In this document: positions 52,642 to 63,700 of the stretch, piece by piece
How the letters are laid out: each line of letters begins with the position of its first letter
Position numbering within the stretch: the stretch's first letter is position 1
Translations under genes and position numbers: made by a program
DNA from: Acanthaster planci
Lineage: Eukaryota
Direction of reading: 5' to 3'
Length of the DNA: 64,000 nt
Assembly: GCF_001949145.1 (NCBI RefSeq)
Contig: NW_019091356.1
Location: forward strand, 248,001 to 312,000
The notes under the pieces: generated by a model
The model's database searches: none
Told to the model about the DNA's origin: nothing
The model's input: the letters and a program-made list of their open reading frames with translations, nothing else

Positions 52642-53894
52642 TTAATTACCACCTGTGGGCGTGTTCTCATACAATGGACAAGTTTCTTCAAACTGTAGAG
52701 GGCAGGTGTTACCATACCTGACTGGGGGCGTATCGTAAACAGGTCTGAGCCCAACCAAGGGGGACGTCGGTTCTTCAACGCTGGCCCGCTGCATCATTTT
52801 TTGAACAGCAGGGGGCGTATCATACACGGGAGTGGCAACTTTCTGCTCGGGTGATTTAGGCAAGATGTCGTAAACCTGTGCACTAGGCATGCGAGGTGTT
52901 CCTGGCAGAACATCGTAGACAGGACGCACGACCGGAGGTGAAAATGCTGAAAGGTTATGATCGGTATTTAAAGCTTGTTCGTGATTCTCCAAGCCCGAAG
53001 CTGGCATTTTCAGAGTAAGTCCTTCAGGGACATTCTTCTTTGGGAGGTTCTCGTAAATTTCCCCGTCTGCCGGTTTCTTCATTTCAATGGCGTCATACTG
53101 GTTCGTGCCTAAGTTACCGTTCGGTATGCCGTTGAGAGTTCCATTTCTATTTCCTGAATCATTCAAGCCATGTTCAATGGAGCATCGTCGAGCCAGCTTG
53201 TCATAGTCCGTTGATCGACCCTGTGCACCCAATTCATCGTATGTATTCAGTCCAACGATACCAGTTTTTCTCTCAGAATCGACACCGTGGGCTTCGTGTC
53301 GTTCAAGCTTATCGTAACCAAGGTGACTCTCAGGACCAAGTGTCGAATAACCAGGAGCTGCTGGTATAGGCGTGTCCAACTGATCGTCTCTAGTAAGGTG
53401 GGATACACCACGCTGTCTGTCCAGTTTGTCGTATGGGCCTTGTTCTGTGGTCGGTCCTATGATGATCATATTGTATGCCTCATCGTCTGGATCTGTGGGG
53501 ATATTTCCACCCATGGTGTCGAATACCTCTGGCGCCTTGACGACTGTATCCAACCCGGGTACGTTCTGATATGGCGAAACTACCTCCTTACTCTTCTCTG
53601 CGTCGCATGTTTTCGAGAACACAGCCCCGTTTGGTCCTAGGCGAATCTCTATGCCGACTTTCTTCATTTTTGGTGATCCGTCACTAGCTTCACTGGGCGC
53701 ATCTCCACAACTTGTAGCCTCTTTGAGGTCCTGATATGTGTTTGAGAGACCAGACGGCTGTTTAGTGTTTATGAAAGCAATGTCGTAGTCGTCGAATGAC
53801 ACGTCTTTTGTGCGGGTGCTGTTTGCTTGATCCCCTGCAGCATTAGTATGGCCTTCACGGTCTGGTATTTCTGTGTAAATGTCCGGGGTTGGAG
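52642..53894 (-). CDS. Gene C exon 6: long tyrosine-motif-rich cytoplasmic tail, stop
   Basis: Acceptor ttcttccatcag; (A)PTPDIYTEIP... runs in frame into ORF 52642..53802; 18 Tyr, mostly in YxxL/I/V, YDxP or YxN contexts. Confidence 0.9.
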
Positions 53895-54363
53895 CTGATG
53901 GAAGAAAAAAATGATTACTTGAACATTATACATTTCGGGAAAGCTTATGGTTATATTAGATCACGGAGCTTTAAAACCAAGAAACTCTAGCAAACTATGA
54001 TATACAATAAACGAAAAATAATCCCACAGTAACAAGAAAACACTGCAGGTATACAATGCAGTAACTATGTCTCCAAGAAAAACACTACTCTTTGCTAATT
54101 CAGAATTAAGTTTAACAAGGAAGCACATAGGCCTACTTCTGTTTATCTGAAAAGTATATTTAAATTTAGTGAAAATAACTCATTGTAATTAACAAAGAAC
54201 TATTTAAAATATCAAGACCCTCAAAGATAATGCGTAAAAACAAGACATACAAGAGGCAAGTCTAATGCTAAGATTTTACGGGAAAGGGGAATTTGATTGG
54301 ACGTACATTAAAGAAAAACTCTGTCTAGGATACTTTGTTCATCATGATGAAGGAAATTCCTAC

Positions 54364-54422
54364 CTCGACCGGGAGAGTTGGCATTTAATAACTGAAAGAC
54401 AACTGCAGGATCGGACTTTCGC
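54364..54422 (-). CDS. Gene C exon 5: short cytoplasmic exon
   Basis: Acceptor ttttgcttccatag; (R)RKSDPAVVFQLLNANSPGR; donor G|gtagga; the only good phase 2 to 1 bridge I found between exons 4 and 6. Confidence 0.65.
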
Positions 54423-55544
54423 CTATGGAAGCAAAACGTCAAACAATTTTGTCAGTTTTGATGTATTTATTTACTGGGGGAAAGTTGGTCACATACATGT
54501 ACGTTTGGTTTAACGCGAATCGCATGAAATTGCTTCCATAATCACTCCGAGGTAATTTTGACCAACCTTTGGGATTTTCATATTGACACAACTTTTAAGA
54601 CTTTCTTAAAAACAATGGATTATTTTATCCCCTTGTCTGGAACAAAACATTGCAGAAATCGCTACGCTTTTGATAAACGAAAAACAACATGGAAGCGTAT
54701 TCTCTCAGTGTCAACAAATATATCATTTACATTTGCGACATTTGCTGCATCCCATCAATATACCTCTCAATCATTGATTTAGTCGATGATATTGAAAGGC
54801 AGTGGTGTATCAACAAGGGGGGACAAGCCCCTCCGTTTTAAGTATTTGAAAGTACCAGCATTTTAGACACGGTAGGGCCTACCATTACCTGATCTTAAGA
54901 AATTCTCTTGTGAACAAAAAATCTAGTTTGCCCCTGCAACCAATATGCCACTGTCGAATTGCTCTTTGTGTGGACAAAGGGAGCAAGACTAAAAGCGATG
55001 TAGCGACATCCTCCGCTTATCAACTCGATATGCCGTGTCAAAGCAGTCCTAAAGGCTGGAGATTTTGTTAGCTTAATTCTTGCTTTTTCCGCTTCCAGTA
55101 TGACCATTTCCTTCCCTGTTATTCAATTAAAACCAAGTCTAACCCTGAAGCAGTTAATTTATTCGATTACCTGGAGTAAAAACAACTTATGTAAACCTAT
55201 ACCTGGAGCTTGTTTTATGTTCAGAGTTCTTAGACCTATTTCACTCATTAAAGTAACATCGATTATTACTATGCTTAATAAAGACAAACGGGAAGCATTA
55301 TGTCGTTTTTCTAGAGTTTAATTCCATTTTGTACGAGTGTTACCATGAGATATTCCACCTTTATTTGTTTCCTGTGATTGTTATAATACAAACACACGTA
55401 TTTCATTAATGCTGTGCATGTATTCACTTCACTTTGTTCCATTCATTATTACTTTCCCATAGCAATCATGTATGAGACAATGCAAACTATGAGCTAATCA
55501 TCAAAATATAACTGCTTAGTCACAAAAATAAAGAGCGTGCTTAC

Positions 55545-55893
55545 CGCCTATCTCTTGCTTGACGTTTTCTCTTTGTAACAAAGACGACAACCAGTGACAC
55601 TAAGACGACAAAAGCTACTGCCACTCCAACCAAGCCACCGATCATCCCAATATGTTCACCATCTGTCGGAGACCCCTGTGGTGACTCCCCACCCTTTCCC
55701 AGGGTCCTGGGCCCATCAACCTTCGAGATATTCCCTGGAGGCGATCCAGAGACAGTTCCAGATACAAAGGATGGTGACGAGGGTGACCCCTTTGGGACGA
55801 AAACTGCTGTGTCGTTGGAGAGCGTAGGCGTGGTTCCATCGACCTTGGAGGGAGTCAAGGCATCCGTCAGCTGTGATTGAGTTGTTATTTCCT
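55545..55893 (-). CDS. Gene C exon 4: S/T/P/G-rich stalk, TM helix and basic stop-transfer segment
   Basis: (E)EITTQSQLTDALTPSKVDG...IGMIGGLVGVAVAFVVLVSLVVVFVTKRKRQARDR; donor CG|gtaagc; phase 1 to 2. Confidence 0.88.
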
Positions 55894-56281
55894 CTAATTT
55901 TAGGAAAATAGGACCCAATGAATGCAAAATGGAATGAATGTTCACGTTTTCTTTAATGCAAGCACAGTAACCCCACGACCACGTTTTTATCTCCTTTTTG
56001 ACAACATATTTATCAAAAACTTACATATTCCAAAGATACATTCATGATATGATATCCAGTTGAGTACCATCCCAATCATAACGAACAACATTAATTAATT
56101 TCTCTCTCATTTCTCTGTTTTTAAAATGCGATTCATCTTTGTAGAGTAAAGTCAGTAAGTTTGAATTCTTTAAATCATTTGGTATTTCGCCAGAAGAATA
56201 GGTTTGGGAATGACTCAAATTGCTTGCTTGTAATGTCTCAGTTCTTCCCGAGTTTGGCTCCTTATTCAGTTCTTAAGTTAC

Positions 56282-56397
56282 CTGATGTATTTTGTAGACA
56301 TGATCCGTCAGACTGCATCACCCAACCGTTACAGCAGGTGAATACGATGTTGTAACTATCACGGTAAGCTACTCTCGTCTGAGTAGAGTACACAACT
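56282..56397 (-). CDS. Gene C exon 3: EMI end with CCxGW
   Basis: (R)VVYSTQTRVAYRDSYNIVFTCCNGWVMQSDGSCLQNTS; acceptor cattattag, donor G|gtaact. Confidence 0.9.
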
Positions 56398-56818
56398 CTA
56401 ATAATGAAGTAGGGAGGAACATTCATCGACAATAATGATTTCCAATTTATGGTGTGGATATAAATGTACACCATTGTGCTTGTATATAAAAAAGGCTACG
56501 GAATGCAAAGAATTTTATCAGAAAATGGCACAATGTAAACACACAGAGTATGATTTAATCGTTGAACTTAAAACAATAAGTGGTCAAAATGTTTCCTGGA
56601 AATGCATCAGGTTCGCATATATATGAAAGAGCAAACAAAGGAATTCTATCATTTTTTATTTTTTCCTAATTCTATGCGACCATTATGAGAATCTACAATC
56701 AGGTAAGTCCCAGCCCAGTTCAATTATTAAAACATCATAACTATAGGGTTTCTGCATTACTTATTTTTAAAACGAGTTAGTTGGACTATGTAATCCTAAA
56801 GAAAGCCTTCCAACGTAC

Positions 56819-56917
56819 CTGTAACGCGTGCACCGTGACAAACCCCAAATTCCACATTTCGAGTAGGATTTATGGGATCTTGAAACCTGATAAGTTTCTT
56901 GATATGTCACCGTTGCT
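56819..56917 (-). CDS. Gene C exon 2: EMI middle
   Basis: (R)ATVTYQETYQVSRSHKSYSKCGIWGLSRCTRY(R), resembling the MEGF10-type EMI pattern (V-x-x-QESY...C...W..C.R.R); acceptor cacaacag, donor AG|gtacgt; not in the ORF track. Confidence 0.9.
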
Positions 56918-57578
56918 CTGTTGTGAAGGCGATTGAAGAGAAACACAGAAATAGTTTAGATAAAGTCACTACTGTCACAATAAAAACATTCGTGACCATT
57001 AGAAACCGTCAAAGATCGCTCACAGGAAATAACCTTTTCAAAACATTCAACTAACATTCAAACATTTATGAACTTTTAAATACTGTCACTTATCTCCAGT
57101 AGTTTAAACAACCTGGACACAGTAAATAAGAAAAGGTTTGTTGGAAAGATAAGGAATTGTATGGGATGAGAGTAAACTAAAACACAGTTGCTTTTAGAAT
57201 TGTGGTTGCAGGGGACAACAAACTATGAATAGAGAACTGGAAGGTATGGAGGAATCAAATACGTATTTCAGGTTAAGAGAAATTTTATTCTCAATTATCA
57301 TGGAGAAGTATTTAACAGTCATTATGTGAATTAATCAACCAATAAGAATCTCTTCTTCCCCTTTCTTTGCTTTCGTAACTCAGACCCTTCAAATCAACCG
57401 TATTTCATTTCCAATACCAAGATAGAAATTTCAATACTTTTCGAATAACTAGTAACGCTGAGAAAAGGCTTTCATCATCTTAAAATCCAATCTAGTAATT
57501 AATCTTTGAATTAAGCAATTAATTAATTCATCACTGAAATTGAAAATAATTAACTACATTTGTTTAGATTGGGCCTAC

Positions 57579-57721
57579 CTTTCGACACTGGAACACAGCC
57601 CAATGTTTCCATCAGTTTGCGCCGTAGACAAAATCACGCAATTCAAAACTGTGATTACGAAGAAAATCTTTCCAAAACAAGCACAGTGTCGTGCGATTCC
57701 GTGGAGACCGGGCCATTCCAT
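57579..57721 (-). CDS. Gene C exon 1: signal peptide and first EMI Cys
   Basis: MEWPGLHGIARHCACFGKIFFVITVLNCVILSTA-QTDGNIGLCSSVE; donor AG|gtaggc, phase 2; an acceptor tttatcag 2 nt before the ATG implies an upstream non-coding exon. Confidence 0.8.
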
Positions 57722-60700
57722 CTCTGATAAAGTAATCCTGATGCTATGCTAATGGTTTCCAAAATGACATTAACCGCCAAACGAAGTCAGCCCAATATCT
57801 GAAGATTTATTCAACTTTTACTGGTCGCTATTTAGGAAGTTTTTGTGGACGACGAGTGTATCAACGAGCAAATTCTTCCAAACTACACACAGTTGCTGTT
57901 GTTTTGGCCGTAGCTGGAGCCAAAGTCCAAGTCACAACGCCATATACCTTGACAACACCTGATGATGTTGGTCAAGTATGCTACTAACGAGGAGAATGGC
58001 ACTCATGTACGTACATGAACAATGTACATAGCAAACACTACAGGAACCAAGTCCTGACGAACACCAAAGATTTACACTTGCAACGCAACGTTTAATATGG
58101 CTACGACGCTGGGTGGTGGGATGTGAGAACAGGACAACGACGTATGAGTCAGTGTCGATTCCGATGTTTCGATAGAATCCGGCTGGTACTAAGAAAACAG
58201 CCCACCATCAAAGCGCATGTTGTTAGCGTCCCTCAGAAATGTCAAATCGAATCATAGGCCTATGCTGTGTCGTACGAACTACTAAATCGCTTGCTAGTAG
58301 GCTAAATACGCGTGTACGATGGGATGAGTGCTGGGAACGAGGTATGACTCAGATGACACTGCGGCTTACAAGCACTATGCATGGAACATGTACAGTACAT
58401 GTACATGTACGCTGTTCTCACTTACTGTTGACTATACCCCAAAACTTCCGTGTCCCATGAAAGGCAGCGAGGTACACCCGTATTGTAGGGGTTTTGAAAA
58501 GCTCCGTTGACCCGAGGGAACGGTCTCACACAACAGGTGAGAAACGTCTATTGTCAGCGTTTACACTCGTTCCCCTTCCATCCTGTACAGAGGGGTACAT
58601 GCACAAGTACAGCCGGTAGCGGCGAGAATGACTTGTGTGCGGCTAAAACCGCGTGGGACAGCATACTGACCTGTGCAAGTCGGAGATGGATGAAGGCCAA
58701 CACGAAGGTGTTTGAAGTGTGGTTTGATGATTAAAAGGTCTGTATAAGGTAGATTTGTGGCAAGTCTAGCATGGACTTGCTTGACTCGATGGGGGCGTGT
58801 TTTACACAAATGTCTCAAATTTAACTAAAACAAAGTTTGCTGTTGCTGTTACCTTTTGTTTTTACAGAAGCTCGACTAGTATGCACATGAAACCGTAGAA
58901 TCGTCAAAATATAGAAATAATATAACAGCAAACCGAAGAAAAAATGGCTTGAACAACATTGGATATAGTGTATACTTTGGATGATACAGTATTTCAAAGG
59001 AGTTTCTGGGAGGAACTGGTGTCTGAATAATTCAACGTTAATGATCATCCGGGTACAGAGCATGTACTTACAAAGTGCTTTTCGTAAGACCAACGCCCAC
59101 TACAAAAAAACATCTTTGTACTTCTTTTGTCTGATTGCATGGCGTAATGATGGTATTTTCATTTTGGCTTGGCACAAACCGAGGGAAGGGCGGCTGATCT
59201 GCCCCAAAACTGGGGGGGGTATATGTCTCCATCCCTCTGAGGTTTTCGTCCGTGTTTTATTGACAATCTAACTTTCAGGACCAGGAATTCGGTACAGAGG
59301 ATAATTGTCACCTCATACATCCTTATTAGATACACCATGTTGGAGGTTATACGAGGACATGGATTTAATGGGCAAACCACAGAATGAATCATTGCCAAGC
59401 TGGGTTTCACCAGCCAATTCAACGCTCAGTCAAATAAAAGACATGTTAACAGCCTTAATTCGCTATACTTAAGAACCCGACGAAGAATGACTTGCCAAAA
59501 TCAACAATCCGCACAGATGAGTCTATTAATCTGGCCCTGAAGTGAGCTAAACTCAGTACGAATTCACTCACCCTTAAATATAATAGACCAATAATGAGAA
59601 TGCCTCGTCAACCTATTTCCAAGTCTGTACGTGCTAATACAGGTTCGTTACTCAAGAATTTTTTTCTCAATAAAATTGTTGAAAAGAAATTTCTTGAAAA
59701 CTCGAGGTTGTTAAAGACTCAAGTTTTAATAATGGAAGGGGTAGATTATGAACAATTATACTTTGCTGACAATGATGTACACGACTGTAAACTAAAATGT
59801 TATCAACAAGGGGCAGCCTACATCGATCACATGCGCAGTAGAAAAATGATGCAGTTTACCGAAAAAAAATTATTTAAAATAGATGGAAGAATCGTATTAC
59901 CGTATTATAATGAATAATAGAAAGCGGGAACAAGTGATGACAAACGCAAATACATGTACTGCAGTGCCTCGAACGCCACCAGTGATTCGGCAGGTACAAG
60001 AATGGCACATGAAATTTCTAGGCCACCTTACACTTACATTCTTCAAATCCTCAAGATGTTCAGACAGTATGCACTTCAACGTCTACAAACCACCCATTGA
60101 AATTATACTAGAAGCGAAAGGCCAGTTGGATTTTAGCATAGGTCTTTAAACCTGTCTGTAACTCAGACAACGGAAATGGTACTCACATTATGTCCAGTAC
60201 CTGAGATGATAAAGGCCGTCAATCTCAAGCAAGATTGTGCACCTCTCTTTCGAGAAAGAAATGGATGAAAGAAGTTTACTCTCATCTCTGTCTTAGTCGA
60301 GGCATGATGGTGACAACTCTTGGTGGATTTGGTTGCTTGTTCTCTCCTTGTTCTGACTGCCACGTACTCAGCATACTGTTCATATTAACACAAATTCAAT
60401 AAACCTTCCAGAAAAAATCTGGAGCGCTGAGTTCTAAACTCACGTGAGCATAATTTTGAATTCTCTACATTGTCGCTTTACTTCGTGATTCGGGCAAGCT
60501 TTTGCTTAGTTACATAAGAGACGCCTTGCACCAATGCAATGTTTTCAATGGAGAAGAAGGGCACAAAGGAACCAGTCCATTCCAGAGATGGTGGTCGCTA
60601 TGCACAAGCTTGCTTTGAATCACGAAGTATAGCAATAGTACAACTTGCTGGTCACGAGTTGAGTGCGCCAGTCAATCTTACTGCACTGAAAAAAAAAATC

Positions 60701-63700
60701 ATACTGAAAAAAAAGATGAAGTGTAAACATTTGATTCATTTCTCCATCGAATTCACTGGCAATGGTGTTTGCAAACAACCGATGTAAAGAGGACTTTCGT
60801 CATACTTCCTTTTTAAGGGTAGAATTGAAAGGCATGGCAACGTTTTCATTTCTTATGAGAAAGCCCACTCATCATTCACAAGTTAGGGGAATTTTGTCAC
60901 CACGTGAAACGCCATACTTCTTTCGGTATATAGCGCCCTCAGTGCCACAGTTCATGGTAACCATGCAGACTGTGTGAAGAGACCACGGCGTCGCATGAAT
61001 ATAAATGCGTTTGGTATGAAGTAGAACTAAACAGTTAATGACGTTCCACGAGGTATTTATAATGTGCATAGGGTAATGCCTTATGCTTCAAAGCATGTCC
61101 CTTTACTTCACTAGAATCCATTTCCTCTTGCACAGGTTAGATAACAGATAAAGGTTAGATCAGCCACCAAAGTGGGGAAATAGTTGCGTGGATCCTTTCT
61201 GATCAGAATTCTATGTATGACTGAAATTTTCGTTGTTGCCTGGTTATTCAAACACTGTTTGGTTGACTCTGGACTCACTCTTTTTTGAAGGGATTTTTAT
61301 ACTTGAATATAAAGGGTAGAACCGAAAATTTTTACGAAAGGAGCAGAAGATATTCAACAAAGAAGAACATTTTGTAGAGTTTCCAAAAGTATTCCTCAGC
61401 AATTAGGGTCCACTTCCTGAAGTGAAGAAGAGGACCACCACCACTTACAAACTTCAGCCATACTCGCTACATTCACTTCGTCAAGCCACCGGCGACCATA
61501 GGTCTTGGGTGGGGGTGGGGGTGAAAATGGACCCTTTTTCCGAGATTGTCTTATTTTTTCGCCACGTAAAAGAATCCTCACCCCGCAGATTAGATGTGAT
61601 AGTATACTGTTTCAAGAATTCTGGTGCTTTTCATTTCCTAAAATACAATAATAAATAAATAAGGCAACATATCTCAAGGCGAGAGTCGACTTGCCTTGCC
61701 CCCTCTGAATACGTCAATATGTCAAACCTGTACGAACTACGGTAATTGATATCCTGACATCATCGCCTTGACACACATTCTGTTATCTGACACGGAATTT
61801 GCATAAATAAATGCAGCCACGGTAGCTTGCACTTCTGATGTGTTTGACTTCCAAGTTAGGACTGGAGCTAGCTTGCAAAGCTTAAGTGATTCTGTGCTAT
61901 GAAGTTTCCAGTTTACTCCATTTTATCAATATGCATGGAAGTTGGTACTGTTTGTGGACTAAAAAGCAACATCATCAATACTTGGCCGCGGCATGAGCTT
62001 TTACTTTGGCATTATTTATAAACAGGGATCTAAATACTTCAATTTTCAAGTAAAAAAACAAATGCTTAAGTTTTATTCATACGGCCCTGACTATCAAAGT
62101 ACTTTTTTAAAAGATGTGCCAACGTGACCGCTGTCTTATTGCGTCCACCAAACATTGACCGTTGTTCTGTGGTTAGAAATATCAGAAAAGTTGACACTGG
62201 AAATCGTCCCTTTAAGTGAATGTCCTTGAAACATGTGACATTGTGTCGTCTAAACAGAGTTGTCGAATTGTTGGAACTTTGCTGTTTAAAGAATTTTTAA
62301 CCGTCTCTTCAACGTCACCATTTTTGTACATCATGCCAAATAGATTTCTCTCGTCTGAACGGAGAAAAACTCTGGTAAACCGTTACTTCATCATTATTCT
62401 CAAAAAGATCATAGAGGCTTTATCCCCAAAACACCGTATCGGGTCTGCCCTATAGCTTCAACGTTGCTTAAGCCACAGGGCTGCTGTGTACGTTTACTGC
62501 AGTATCGATACATTTTCTAGCTTGAGCCTCAAGTCCGTATGGATGGCATGACTCAAAAGCTAAATCTGGTTCGGCAGGACTTCTGCTCAGGAAGTTCTGC
62601 AAATCGGTTTCATTTCCGGGTCTTGAGTTGGAATGATCCCACTCACACTAAAAATAGGCAACCTCGTGGGTCACAGCAAAGTTTCAAGCTGGCGTATGGT
62701 TATCCTACTATGACGATTGAAGAGCCGAATATGGTCTGGAGAAAGGGGTATCTGAGAGCAAAGAGCGGGGTCCCAGCTAGCGATGAGCCCAGAGGTTTCA
62801 GTAGACTGTTCAGGTGTGGATCCAGTTTTGGCAAGGAAGACGGTAATTTCCTTGGCTGGCCCCTACGGTTTTAGGCTGAGACTTGCCTGGGAATTTAAAG
62901 ACAGAAACGTCTCCAGTGTCAGAAAATGTGAAATTTGTCTCGCTTTCTTACGGCTGACGAAGCTTGGGTATCCCGCAAAATAATGTGAATTTCTGTTGTA
63001 ACCGCCCTCAATGAACGTGTAACTGCATTAATACGAGCCATGGGTGGCCATTTTAAGAATTTATGTGTCTGGTTTTTCGGTCTGTTTTTATTTCCTTGTT
63101 GTTTATTTAATTTAGCTCGGGTCATGTTGTTTCATTTCCTCAAGGAAATACCCAGCACTGTTTTTAATAGAAAGGAATTTCCCAAGAAAGGTGGTGTAAT
63201 CTGAATGAAAGTTATACGCGCACTGTTTCTATCTAGAAAAACAAATACAGTTTAACATCATGTCAATGCAGAAGAGACGGACGTTTATAGATGTGTAGAA
63301 AAATTAAATTGAAGAATTTTGCACTCGCCTGGTATCAATTTCTTATAGGCCCTACATTTTAAATTCGAAAGAGCACTTATTTTAGCAAGTAAGTTCCCTC
63401 CATCTCTGGTTAAGTTCTTAGAAATTCCTTTGTCCAAAATTGAAGTTGACAAAACTATTTATTACACAGAACCCATGAAGGCATCTCTTCAAGACAACAT
63501 GTACGTTGGTTCTGTAATGGTTTCGTATCAGTTGGGCTTCCTGCAAACAAAAACTTAGTTTTAAGACAAGAATCAGACAAATATTTTGGTGTTTCAGACA
63601 GTTACTATCAGATCAAAATTACATTGTTTTATTAACTCATACTGGAATCGTCGATATAATAAACCATTAGAAAAGTTTCCAAATTAATAATTTATACAAA

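Larger units (their letters stand above)
52642..57721 (-). other. Gene C span: EMI domain, mucin-like stalk, TM and Tyr-motif-rich tail, no EGF repeats; 6 coding exons, about 672 aa
   Basis: Exons 57579-57721, 56819-56917, 56282-56397, 55545-55893, 54364-54422, 52642-53894; phases 2,2,1,2,1 all compatible; 2019 nt. Confidence 0.83.

Noticed and set aside
54889..55235. Two small phase 2-2 candidate exons in gene C (about 54889-54933 and 55203-55235)
   Set aside because: Both have weak acceptors and are not needed for frame continuity; they remain possible but unsupported.
58145..58355. Two AP-1 sites (TGAGTCA/TGACTCA) upstream of gene C, attractive because Draper is AP-1 regulated
   Set aside because: Several such 7-mers are expected by chance in 64 kb.
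59594..63125. ORFs of 60-111 aa in the right-hand flank
   Set aside because: No domain signatures or splice-consistent chain; lengths are compatible with chance.
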